Of a DNA stretch of 64,000 nucleotides, positions 1 to 9,745 are shown piece by piece (position 1 is the first letter of the stretch; each line of letters opens with the position of its first letter). The stretch is from an uncultured Eubacteriales bacterium. Its GTDB lineage: Bacteria; Bacillota; Clostridia; TANB77; CAG-508. The DNA lies in the NCBI GenBank assembly GCA_948468315.1, contig CAOKHL010000006.1, positions 16,919-80,918 of the forward strand, in the 5' to 3' direction. The position numbers and the translations under genes are program-made. The notes below the pieces were generated by a model. It did not search any database, was not told the origin of the DNA, and was given only the letters and a program-made list of their open reading frames with translations.

Positions 1-473
1 CCTACTGCAATTAGAAAATCGGTCTTATACTGAGAACAATATACCTTCTTGCAAATATACCCATTCAAATAAATTAGGTTATCTTCATCTGTTTTCGCTC
101 TTTCTTCATCTTCATAAACTTTTATTGAATTAACATATACATATAAATTAAGATACCGATGTCCATCTCCTGCATCTTTTCTATATGTTTTAACAATACC
201 TGCTATTTCAACAAACTTTCCTTTTAAAGGTACTAAATTCTTTATAAGTGTTTTTGGAATACTTACAGGAACTAAATCTTCTCTTTCACCATTATTTTTA
301 ATAGTTACTATTCTGGTCCTATACATGCTTTCATTTATATTTTTGTCTTGATAGCTATATTCTGGTTCATATTGTACCTCACCATATATAACCACTTTGT
401 TTTTTGGAGTAAACAAATTTTGGTTATGTGCCTCCAATTTAGTTATTACATTTTTCCGTCTTCCTTTTGTCAT
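1..473 (-). CDS. hypothetical protein, N-terminal part only (ORF runs off the left edge of the window)
   Basis: ATG at 473 follows AGGAGG by 8 nt (taaggaggaaaagattATG). I translated the frame down to position 1 with no stop (MTKGRRKNVITKLEAHNQ...). No family recognised. It contains two in-frame CGG codons (458..456 and 158..156). Confidence 0.6.
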   Translation of the reverse strand, partial: MTKGRRKNVITKLEAHNQNLFTPKNKVVIYGEVQYEPEYSYQDKNINESMYRTRIVTIKNNGEREDLVPVSIPKTLIKNLVPLKGKFVEIAGIVKTYRKDAGDGHRYLNLYVYVNSIKVYEDEERAKTDEDNLIYLNGYICKKVYCSQYKTDFLIAV

Positions 474-644
474 AATCTTTTCCTCCTTAAAATATACATT
501 TAATAGAATATCTAGTTTACATACATAAACTTTAAGAATTTAAATCAAGAAAAAGTTTCTTCATTTTTATATACATAAACATATATTTATTATATAATGA
601 TTTTATATTTTTGTAAAGTTATGTAAAGTTTTTAATTAGAATAA

Positions 645-672
645 GAGTAGAAATCTACCATTTTTTCTACTC
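645..672 (-). terminator. hairpin just downstream of the cca stop
   Basis: gagtagaaa / tttctactc 9-bp stem directly after the stop at 681. Confidence 0.45.
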
Positions 673-680
673 CTATTTTA

Positions 681-1946
681 TCAAATATTCTGTTTCATCC
701 ATTTAACACGTTCTTCATGTAATTTATCTCCAAACTGAATACCTTCCAAAAAACCATACTTTTTCTTAATATAATTTCCATTAATTTCACTTAAACATAA
801 ATCTCCTATAGTCTCAAAATTAATATCATTTATATCATTATCTCTTCCACCACTAGTTTTATCGCTTATAACAACTATTTGAAGCCCATCAAGTCCTAAT
901 AAAGATTTATCAACTCTTTCTATAAACTCAACCCTTTTTGCAGGTTTCATTTTATAAAATATTCCGCCTCTCATATGTTCTCTACAAGCTGTTTTTCCAC
1001 ATTTAATCCAGTTATTCGGTACTTTTAGTCTATTTCCAAATACACCAACTAAATTTACACCCCTTTCTTCATGCCCATAATGATGTGGATATTGTTCTTT
1101 TGGTGTTGTTCCTTTTCCTAAATCATGTACTAATGCTGCAAATCTTATTTCTAGTTTTCTTTCAGTTTCATAATTTTTAGTTAATTTAGAAGACATATCT
1201 AAAACTAACATTGTATGATTATAAGCATCTCCCTCTGGATGATATTTAACAGGTTGTTCTACATCAATTAAATCTTTTATTTCTTTAAAGTGAACATCTA
1301 AAATATTAGCCTGTTTTAATACTTCAAAAAATATTGATGGCTTTTCTGTATCTAGTGCTTTGCTTAATTCTGTAAATACTCTTTCTTTTGATAATGTTTC
1401 TAATTCTTCTTTTAGTTCATTCATATAATTAATTGTTTTTTTATCTACAGAAAACCCTAATTGCGCCGCAAACCTCGAAACTCTATATACTCTAAGTGGG
1501 TCTTCTTTAAATGCTGATGTTGTTGCTCTTATAATTTTATTTTCTATATCCTTTTTTCCATGGAAAGGGTCAATAATTTCTCCTGTTAATACATCTTGTG
1601 CAATTGAATTTATTGTAATATCTCTTCTTGCTAAATCTTGTTCAATTGTTATTTTAGGGTCTGTATTTATTTCAAATTCTTTATGTCCTTTTCCCTGTTT
1701 TTCTTCTGTTCTTGCCATTGCAAACTCTTTTCCATTTATATCAAATACTTCAAAAGCTTTTCCTCTTATATATGCATTCGGAAAAATCTCTCTAAACTGT
1801 TTTGATGTTATTCCAGTTACACAATAATCTTCATCATGAACCTCTCTTCCAAGAAGTTTATCTCTTATTGCTCCACCTACTAAATATAGATTTCCTCCAT
1901 ATTGTCTTATTTTATTTGCAATTATCAAAATATCACTTTTTTGCAT
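681..1946 (-). CDS. cca: CCA-adding tRNA nucleotidyltransferase with C-terminal HD domain
   Basis: Motifs LYLVGGAIRDKLLG, RRDITINS and the HD motif AALVHDLGK. Start moved to ATG 1946, 6 nt after AAGAGGA; the TTG at 1952 overlaps the RBS. Confidence 0.9.
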   Translation of the reverse strand: MQKSDILIIANKIRQYGGNLYLVGGAIRDKLLGREVHDEDYCVTGITSKQFREIFPNAYIRGKAFEVFDINGKEFAMARTEEKQGKGHKEFEINTDPKITIEQDLARRDITINSIAQDVLTGEIIDPFHGKKDIENKIIRATTSAFKEDPLRVYRVSRFAAQLGFSVDKKTINYMNELKEELETLSKERVFTELSKALDTEKPSIFFEVLKQANILDVHFKEIKDLIDVEQPVKYHPEGDAYNHTMLVLDMSSKLTKNYETERKLEIRFAALVHDLGKGTTPKEQYPHHYGHEERGVNLVGVFGNRLKVPNNWIKCGKTACREHMRGGIFYKMKPAKRVEFIERVDKSLLGLDGLQIVVISDKTSGGRDNDINDINFETIGDLCLSEINGNYIKKKYGFLEGIQFGDKLHEERVKWMKQNI

Positions 1947-1971
1947 TAACAATCCTCTTTTACTTTGGAAA

Positions 1972-4852
1972 TTATTTTTGTTCTAAATACTTTTTTAAAA
2001 ACTTTCCAGTATAGCTTTTTTCATTTTTAATAACTTGCTCAGGAGTTCCTACTGCTACAATTTCTCCTCCGGCTTCTCCTCCTTCTGGTCCTAAATCTAT
2101 TATATGGTCACAAGTTTTTATCAAATCTAAATTATGTTCTATTACTATTGCTGTATTTCCAGTATCTACTAATCTTTGTAAAATTTCTACTAATCTATGA
2201 ACATCTGCTATATGAAGACCTGTTGTTGGTTCATCTAGAATATATAAAGTCTTTCCTGTTGCTCTTTTTGAAAGTTCTGTTGCAAGTTTTACTCTCTGTG
2301 CTTCTCCTCCAGATAGTGTAGTTGAACTTTGTCCAAGTTTTATATATCCTAAACCTACATCATTTAATGTTTGAATCTTATTTTTTATTTTAGGTATTTT
2401 ATCAAAAAATTCTAGAGCTTCCTCTACTGTCATTTCTAGTATATCAGATATATTTTTTCCTTTAAATTTAATTTCCAATGTTTCATGATTATATCTTTTT
2501 CCTTTACAAACTTCACATGGTACATAAACATCTGGTAAGAAATGCATTTCTATTTTATGAACTCCATCTCCTTGACAACTTTCACACCTTCCACCTGGCA
2601 TATTGAAACTAAATCTACCTTTTCCATATCCTCTTATTTTTGCTTCATTTGTTTCTGCAAAAATATTTCGTATTTCATCAAATACTCCTGTATATGTTGC
2701 TGGATTACTTCTTGGAGTTCTTCCTATTGGAGATTGGTCTATATTTATTATTTTATCTATATTTTCTATTCCTTTTACTTCTTTACATTTTCCTGGCTTT
2801 TCATTTGCTTTATTTAATTTTTGTGCGATTGTTTTATATAAAATCTCGTTTATTAATGTTGATTTTCCTGAACCAGAAACTCCTGTTACACATGTAAATA
2901 ATCCTAATGGAAATTTTACATCTACATTTTTTAAGTTGTGTTCAACAGCTCCTTTTATTTCTATATTTTTGCCTTTAGTTGCTTTTCTCCTTTTTTTAGG
3001 TACTTCTATTTTCTTTCTTCCACTTAAATATTGTCCTGTTACAGAATCTTGAACTTGTTTTATTTGTTCTGCTGTTCCGCTGTGCCATAACATTTCCTCC
3101 ATGAACTCCTGCTCCTGGACCAATGTCTATAATTTCATCTGCTGCATACATTGTATCTTCATCATGTTCAACTACAATTAATGTATTTCCTAAATCTCTT
3201 AATTTTTTAAGTGTTGCTAATAGTCTATCATTATCTCTTTGGTGTAAACCTATACTTGGTTCATCTAGAATATATAAAACTCCTGTTAATCCTGAACCTA
3301 TTTGTGTTGCAAGTCTTATTCTTTGAGATTCTCCTCCTGATAATGTTCCACTACTTCTTGAAAGTGTTAAATATTCTAATCCAACATCTATTAAAAATTG
3401 AAGTCTTTTATCTATTTCTTTTAAAATTAACTCTGATATCATTTTTTCTTTTTCTGATAAGTCTAAATTTCTTAAATATTCTTGCATTTTGTTTATTGGC
3501 ATATCTGTTAATTCATTTATATTTTTGTCCCCAATTTTTATTGATAATATTTCTTTTTTAAGTCTTGAACCTTTACATGTTGGGCAATCTAAATTGCTCA
3601 TATACATTTCGTAGAAATCTCTCATTCCTTGAGATTTTGTTTCGTTATGTCTTCTTTCTAATGTTGGAATTACTCCCTCAAATGGGGCTGTGAATTTTCT
3701 TGTTCCATATGCTGACTCAAATTCAAAATCTATTGGTTCATCTGTTCCATAAAGTATTTTTTCTAAGAATTCTCTTGGTAATTTTTTTATTGGTTTTGTT
3801 ATATCTACTTTATATTTTCTTCCTATTGATTCAAAATACATTTTAGCCATTGTTTCACCTTTTTTCATTGTACTTGAACCAAATGCTTTTACTCCATCAT
3901 ATAATGTCTTATCTTTATCTGGTATTATCAAATCTTCATCTATTTTCATTAGATATCCTATACCTAAACAGTCTGGACAAGCACCAAATGGATTATTAAA
4001 AGAAAACATTCTTGGTGTAATTTCTGGGAAACTAAATCCACAATCTGGACATGCATAGTTTTGGCTAAATAAAATTTCTATTGTTCCATCATCTTTTTTT
4101 ATTCCTCCAAAACTACTTAAGTCTATATCTTCCTTTGGAACTACACTTATTACTACTAAATTTTCTGCACTTTTTAATGCTGTTTCAACAGATTCTGCTA
4201 ATCTACTTCTTATATCTTCTCTTATTACTAGTCTATCTACTACTAGTTCTATTTGATGTTTTTTATTTTTGTCTATTTCTATTTCATCTGATAAATCATA
4301 TATTTCATTATCAATTCTTGCTCTTACAAATCCTTCTTTTCTGAAATTATCTAATTCTTTTTTAAATTCTCCTTTTCTTCCTCTTACTATTGGTGCTAAT
4401 ACTTGTATTCTTGTACCTTCTGGAAGTGTCATTATTTTGTCTAGAATTTGATCTATTGATTGTTTTTCTATTTTTTTACCACAATTTGGACAATATGGAA
4501 TTCCTATTCTTGCATATAATAAACGTACATAATCATAAATTTCTGTTACTGTTCCTACTGTTGAGCGTGGATTTTTTGATGTTGTTTTTTGGTCTATTGA
4601 TATTGCTGGAGATAATCCATCTATTCTTTCTACATCTGGTTTTTCCATTATTCCTAAGAATTGTCTAGCATATGAAGATAAACTTTCTACATATCTTCTT
4701 TGTCCTTCTGCATATAGTGTGTCAAATGCTAAACTTGATTTTCCAGAACCAGAAAGTCCCGTTACTACTACTAATTTTTCTCTTGGTATTTCTAGATTTA
4801 TATTTTTTAGGTTGTGCACTTTTGCACCTTTTATTATTATTTTATCATTCAT
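1972..4852 (-). pseudogene. uvrA: excinuclease ABC subunit A (UvrA), split as assembled by one extra nucleotide near 3079
   Basis: ORF 2996..4852 carries the N-terminal ABC module (GLSGSGKSS, CPxC zinc fingers). ORF 1972..3123 carries the second ABC module ([17 protein letters not shown]). Skipping the C at 3079 (minus sense GCA CAG C GGA ACA) gives ...[22 protein letters not shown]... with no gap in the conserved UvrA block. Confidence 0.9.
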
Positions 4853-4943
4853 TTTTTTGCCCCTTAATTTGTTTTTTACCGAACATTATTTTACCATAAA
4901 ATATAAAAAATATCAATATTTTCATGAAAATTCAAGAAATTCC

Positions 4944-5744
4944 TTAGCCTTGAAGCAGTTTCTTATTGGTTTCCGTTAATATTTCCATTTGAGAAATAGC
5001 AATTTTATTTAATCTTATAAGCCTTTCAGATTGTTTTATGCCATCATTTATATATATTGAATTTACATTTTCCAGATTAGCTAGACAAATAAGCTCATTT
5101 ATATTTGCATAATCTCTTATATTTCCTTGTTTATGTGGATTTTTATCTCTCCACTCTTTTGCTGTCATTCCAAATAAAGCCATATTTAATACATCTGCTT
5201 CTTCTGCATACACTATACTAGTTTCATATTTAGTAAGTTCTTTGGGAATTAAATTTTTCTTTATAGCATCTGTATGAATTTTATAATTTATTTTTGATAA
5301 TTCTCTTTTAGCATCCCAGCCTAGTTGCTTTTGTTCTTCTGCTTTTAGTCTTTCAAATTCTTTGATTAAAAGTAATTTAAATTTTGGACTTATCCACATA
5401 CCAAATTCAAAGGCAATATCTTTATGAGCATAAGTTCCACCATATCTACCTGTTTTAGCAATAATCCCTATGCTATTCGTTTTATTAACCCATTCTTTAA
5501 CACTTATTTTATAACTATTTAATCCTGCTTGGCTTTTAATTATGGCGAATTCGCCATAATTAAAATTAGAATTGTGTAATTCTTCCCAAATTCCTAAAAA
5601 TTCTATTGTATTCCTATTTCTTAACCAATCTGAAATAAAGAAATCTCCATCTTTTGATTTCAGCATATCAGTTAATGAAATGTAATCTTCATTATTCATA
5701 TTATAATATGTAATTTTAGTATCTAAAACATTTAATTCTTTCAT
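4944..5744 (-). CDS. KilA-N domain DNA-binding protein (phage-associated family)
   Basis: The N-terminal region [33 protein letters not shown]...[19 protein letters not shown] resembles KilA-N proteins. RBS AAGGAG lies upstream of ATG 5744. Confidence 0.6.
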   Translation of the reverse strand: MKELNVLDTKITYYNMNNEDYISLTDMLKSKDGDFFISDWLRNRNTIEFLGIWEELHNSNFNYGEFAIIKSQAGLNSYKISVKEWVNKTNSIGIIAKTGRYGGTYAHKDIAFEFGMWISPKFKLLLIKEFERLKAEEQKQLGWDAKRELSKINYKIHTDAIKKNLIPKELTKYETSIVYAEEADVLNMALFGMTAKEWRDKNPHKQGNIRDYANINELICLANLENVNSIYINDGIKQSERLIRLNKIAISQMEILTETNKKLLQG

Positions 5745-5881
5745 AATTTCTCCTTAAGCATAAGAACTTTTGTTTGATTATATATTATTTTTATGTTATT
5801 GTCAATAAAATTTGTATTTAAGTTTCGGGTTTTTAGAAAAAACAAAACTTAAATGTTTTACTTTAAACTATTTATAAGATT

Positions 5882-5912
5882 AAAAAAGTGTACAAAATAA
5901 AATTGTACACTT
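5882..5912 (-). terminator. intrinsic terminator after the HAD phosphatase gene
   Basis: aagtgtaca / tgtacactt stem followed by a T-run in minus sense. Confidence 0.6.
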
Positions 5913-5913
5913 C

Positions 5914-6786
5914 TTAAAATATAAATCTTTCAATAGCCTTTGCAACACCCTCATTATTATTATCATCTGTTACAAAATCTGCTACTTCTGTAACAACCGG
6001 TGTGCTTCCTTTCATTATAATTCCTAATCCTGCTTGTTCTATCATTTTCTTATCATTTGTATTATCTCCAATAGCTATTACTTCATCTTTTTTTATTCCT
6101 AATTTATCTATTAAAAATTCTAGAGCATACCACTTGTCTACATTTTGCATTGAAATTTCTGTATAATAATATTCTATCGGAACTTCGACTGTCCCATGTT
6201 TTATAACTTTTCTTGACATATGTGATACATCTAATATTTCTACGTCTTGTATTTCTGTAAATTTCTTTACAATTGAATTGAAAATTGATTTTGTACTATC
6301 ACATATGAAAATTTTCATTATTCTTTCATCTTTCATTTCTTCTACATATTTTTTTATATTGTCTACTAATGTAATATGAGTTTTTTTAGAATCTTCTTTT
6401 TTTAGATTTTCTTTATAATAGTATAAAACATTATATCTTAAACCATCTGCTATTATTGATTTATTTGTATATACATTATAATATATGCTATTTTGTTCAC
6501 ATATTTTTATTATATCTAAAGCTTTATTTTTAGGTATATATTTTTCATATATAATTTTGTTATTTTTTATATCATATACAACAGCACCATTTCCAGCAAT
6601 CATGTATTTAGAACTTCCTATTTCTTGTGCTATCCCTTTTATTGAATCTATACTTCTTCCTGAAGCAATTATAACATCTGTTCCTTTTCCAATAGTTTGC
6701 TTTATTACTCTTTTTGTATTTTCTGTAACCTCTCCATAACTATTTAACATAGTACCATCAAGGTCAACAGCTATCATTTTATACAT
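5914..6786 (-). CDS. Cof-type HAD-IIB family phosphatase
   Basis: HAD motifs DLDGT (I), ASGRS (II) and GDNTNDKKM (IV), with a cap domain between them. Confidence 0.85.
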   Translation of the reverse strand: MYKMIAVDLDGTMLNSYGEVTENTKRVIKQTIGKGTDVIIASGRSIDSIKGIAQEIGSSKYMIAGNGAVVYDIKNNKIIYEKYIPKNKALDIIKICEQNSIYYNVYTNKSIIADGLRYNVLYYYKENLKKEDSKKTHITLVDNIKKYVEEMKDERIMKIFICDSTKSIFNSIVKKFTEIQDVEILDVSHMSRKVIKHGTVEVPIEYYYTEISMQNVDKWYALEFLIDKLGIKKDEVIAIGDNTNDKKMIEQAGLGIIMKGSTPVVTEVADFVTDDNNNEGVAKAIERFIF

Positions 6787-7072
6787 CTTTTTCTCTTGTC
6801 CCTTTCTTTTTATTTTTTTATTAATATGATTATAACATTCATTTTAAAAAAAGTATATGAAAAAATAACAATAATTAATCAAAAAAAATAGAAATTTCTG
6901 AAATAAAAAAATTTCCAGTTTTTTTCAGTTTATTTTTTGTTTTTCTGCGCATTATATATTTAGAAAAAAGAAAACTTTTTTCTATATGAAATGAAACTAA
7001 TTATTTTAGATATTTTCTAACATATAAGTTTCATGTGTTTAAATGTTAATATTAACAGGAGGTGAAATTAAA

Positions 7073-7282
7073 ATGGCAAATTCAAATAACAGTAACAAAA
7101 AATTAGTTCCAGAAGCTATGGACGCTTTAGAAAAATTCAAATATGAAGTAGCTAGCGAAGTTGGAGTAACATTAAAAGACGGTTATAATGGTGATATCTC
7201 TTCAAGAGACGCTGGAAGAATCGGTGGAAACATGGTTAAGAAAATGATACAACAAGTTGAAAACAACATGGCTAACAAATAA
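7073..7282 (+). CDS. small acid-soluble spore protein, alpha/beta type
   Basis: MANSNNSNKKLVPEAMDALEKFKYEVASEVGV...GRIGGNMVKKMI matches the two conserved SASP blocks. ATG 7073 follows AGGAGGTG; the 7043 start in the ORF track overlaps the RBS. Confidence 0.9.
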   Translation: MANSNNSNKKLVPEAMDALEKFKYEVASEVGVTLKDGYNGDISSRDAGRIGGNMVKKMIQQVENNMANK

Positions 7283-7416
7283 GTTTTTAATAACTTATTA
7301 GATATAATCTCTAGGAAAGTAATCATGATACGATATGTTTTCTAGTAGTATGGCAGAAGTATTATTCTTGGTTTTATAGTTCTATTTTGAGTGGTTTGTC
7401 CAAAAAGTAGATACAT

Positions 7417-7446
7417 AAAGGCAGGAGTTGTGCTCCTGCCTCTTTT
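7417..7446. terminator. bidirectional hairpin between the SASP gene and the ATPase gene
   Basis: aggcaggag ttgtg ctcctgcct, followed by T-rich sequence. Confidence 0.6.
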
Positions 7447-8971
7447 ATTCTTGTCTTCCTAATATATATATAAATGCAAATGCTGGTATTTTTACTATTT
7501 TTTTATTTTCATGTTTTATTATACCATAGTCTAAGGGATCTTTTGTAATAATAAAAATATTATCATTTTCATTTGGTAATTCATAAAGTGGATTATTTCT
7601 ATTTATATTTGTTTTAGTCTTTTCTCTATATTTTACTTCTATATATAAATTAGCTTTTAGAGAGTTTCCTACAATATCAATTTCTTTTTCTGTTTTTGGT
7701 TCTCTATAATATCCTGTTGTTCCCTTATATTTGCTCATATATGTAAAAACATGTCTATATACTGCTGTTTCCACACTATATCCCATTTCTGTACTATCTG
7801 TTATTATATCATCTTTCATTAATACTGCATTTCTTATTGCACTATCTGCAATATACACTTTAGGATTTCCCTTTAATATTTTATTCTTAATTGGTTTACT
7901 TTCATAAATTAAATTGGCATTTTTTAGATATAGTATATAATCTTGTATTGTGGCTACCGAAGTATTTTCTAGTTCTTGACTCATTGCTGTATAATTAATT
8001 ATATTAGATGACTCAAAACATAAATATAAAAATACTTTTTCTAATATACTAACATTTCTAATACCAAATAAAGATGGCATATCCCTTTTTAGAACTTTAT
8101 CTACAATATCTTCTCTTAAAATTCTCTCTGAATATATATCATCACTAGATAATACTAATTCTGGAAATCCTCCTATTTTTATATATCTGTTAAAATGTTT
8201 TTGCAAAACAGATAATGTGTTTACTATATCACCTAATTCTTTTTCTTTTAAATTCTTTAAATCTTCTATTTTTAAATCTTTTGATATTTTTTCATCAACT
8301 TCTTGTAACTCATTAATCAATGTTGAAAATTTATTTACAAACAATTTGTTTACTTCACTAACAGGCATTTCGTTTAATTCTCTTACAGTTATTTTTCTTT
8401 CGCCTTCACTTTGACTTTTTAGTTTACAATACTCATAAAAAGACAATGTTGGCACAGTTATTGTAATCCATCTACCTGCTCCACTCTCTGCCACTCCTTG
8501 TTTTATAACTGGACTTGCACTTCCAGTTGCCATTACATGAATATTAGTACTTTGGTCATATATAACCTTAAGCCAATTATCCCAATCTTCTGCATATTGG
8601 ATTTCATCTAAAAATAAATATTTTTCTCCTTCTCCTGATATATTTATATCATACAATTCTAATAATGTATTTAGTTTACAAAATTTTAAAATAGGATTGT
8701 CAAATGATACATATAATATATTTTTTACATCTATTCCATTTTCAATTAATTGTTCTATTTGTTGATATAAAATTGTTGTTTTTCCCACTCTTCTAGCACC
8801 TGTTAGTAATACAAATCTTCTTATATCTTTTTTTAGAAATGCTTCTTGCGCTTCCGAATAAACTGTACGTTTCATATTCTTTAAAGTCTCTTTAGGTACT
8901 TCTCCGCTTTTCCACCATGGATTATATGATATTAACACTTTTAAAATATCATCTTGATTTATTATTGACAT
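7445..8971 (-). CDS. AAA-family ATPase of the AAA_14 + DUF4143 architecture (COG1373-like)
   Basis: Walker A GARRVGKTT and Walker B YLFLDEIQ, with a long C-terminal domain. Start set at ATG 8971 behind GAGGTGA. Confidence 0.75.
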   Translation of the reverse strand: MSIINQDDILKVLISYNPWWKSGEVPKETLKNMKRTVYSEAQEAFLKKDIRRFVLLTGARRVGKTTILYQQIEQLIENGIDVKNILYVSFDNPILKFCKLNTLLELYDINISGEGEKYLFLDEIQYAEDWDNWLKVIYDQSTNIHVMATGSASPVIKQGVAESGAGRWITITVPTLSFYEYCKLKSQSEGERKITVRELNEMPVSEVNKLFVNKFSTLINELQEVDEKISKDLKIEDLKNLKEKELGDIVNTLSVLQKHFNRYIKIGGFPELVLSSDDIYSERILREDIVDKVLKRDMPSLFGIRNVSILEKVFLYLCFESSNIINYTAMSQELENTSVATIQDYILYLKNANLIYESKPIKNKILKGNPKVYIADSAIRNAVLMKDDIITDSTEMGYSVETAVYRHVFTYMSKYKGTTGYYREPKTEKEIDIVGNSLKANLYIEVKYREKTKTNINRNNPLYELPNENDNIFIITKDPLDYGIIKHENKKIVKIPAFAFIYILGRQE

Positions 8972-9199
8972 ATCATCACCTCTTAACATAATTATAAAGT
9001 ATAATGTTTCAAAAGTCAAGTTTTTTACTATTTATACTTTGTAATTTTCTAGTATTATATTAAATTATGTTTTATAATCTTCATTCTATTTTATTCAATT
9101 AAGATTATACTATTATATATTTTACTTTCCTTTTTTATTCTACTTTTTAGAAAAAGTTCCAACATTTCTGCTAGAACTTTTCTATAAATATCTATTAAA

Positions 9200-9631
9200 T
9201 TATTTTGGAATTGCTGCTCTTGCAAGCTCATCACATCTATTATTTAATTCAACATCACTATGACCTTTAACTTTATTAAAACTCACTTTATGCTTTTTAG
9301 TCAAACTATACAATTCCTGCCACAATTCTTGATTTTTAACTGCTTCTCCACCAGCAGTTTTCCAACCTTTTTTCATCCAATTATAAATCCAGCCTTGATT
9401 AAATGCATTTACACAATAACTACTATCACTATAAATTTCAACTTCACAATCTTGTTTCAATGCTTTTAGACCTTCTATAATAGCTGTAAGTTCCATTATA
9501 TTATTAGTTGTACTTTTGTCTCCTCCAGAAATTTCTTTTTTCAAATCTCCTGAAATTAATACTGCTGCCCAACCACCTGGTCCTGGATTTCCTGAACATG
9601 CACCATCGGTATAAATTATAACTTTTTGCAT
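9200..9631 (-). CDS. rnhA: ribonuclease HI
   Basis: YTDGACSGNPGPGGWA, MELTAIIEGL, YSDSSY and GHSD..LNNRCDELA form the RNase H catalytic signature. Confidence 0.9.
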   Translation of the reverse strand: MQKVIIYTDGACSGNPGPGGWAAVLISGDLKKEISGGDKSTTNNIMELTAIIEGLKALKQDCEVEIYSDSSYCVNAFNQGWIYNWMKKGWKTAGGEAVKNQELWQELYSLTKKHKVSFNKVKGHSDVELNNRCDELARAAIPK

Positions 9632-9661
9632 TTAATCACTCTCCTCTATTTTTTTTAATTT

Positions 9662-9739
9662 GGGACAGGTCTTTTTTTAATTTGGGGACAGGTCCTTTTA
9701 AGAAAGGACCTGTCCCCAATTGAAAAAATAGCTGTCCCG
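9662..9739. repeat. cluster of four GGGACAGG(TCC)-type repeats, including a 12-bp perfect hairpin (9684..9717)
   Basis: gggacaggtc (9662), ggggacaggtcc (9684), inverted ggacctgtcccc (9706) and inverted gctgtcccg (9731). Confidence 0.7.
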
Positions 9740-9745
9740 TTTGTC

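Noticed and set aside
2542-3561. Plus-strand ORFs of 60-150 aa antisense to uvrA, and many similar ones across the window (for example 9820..12315, 54068..57402).
   Set aside because: They are rich in Leu, Phe, Ile and Ser, as expected when AT-rich coding sequence is read on the opposite strand. They lack an RBS and are fully contained in strongly supported minus-strand genes.
6900-7072. A sigma-G forespore promoter upstream of the SASP gene.
   Set aside because: One is expected biologically. I could not find a convincing GHATR-N17/18-CATxHTA match by eye, so no feature is reported.
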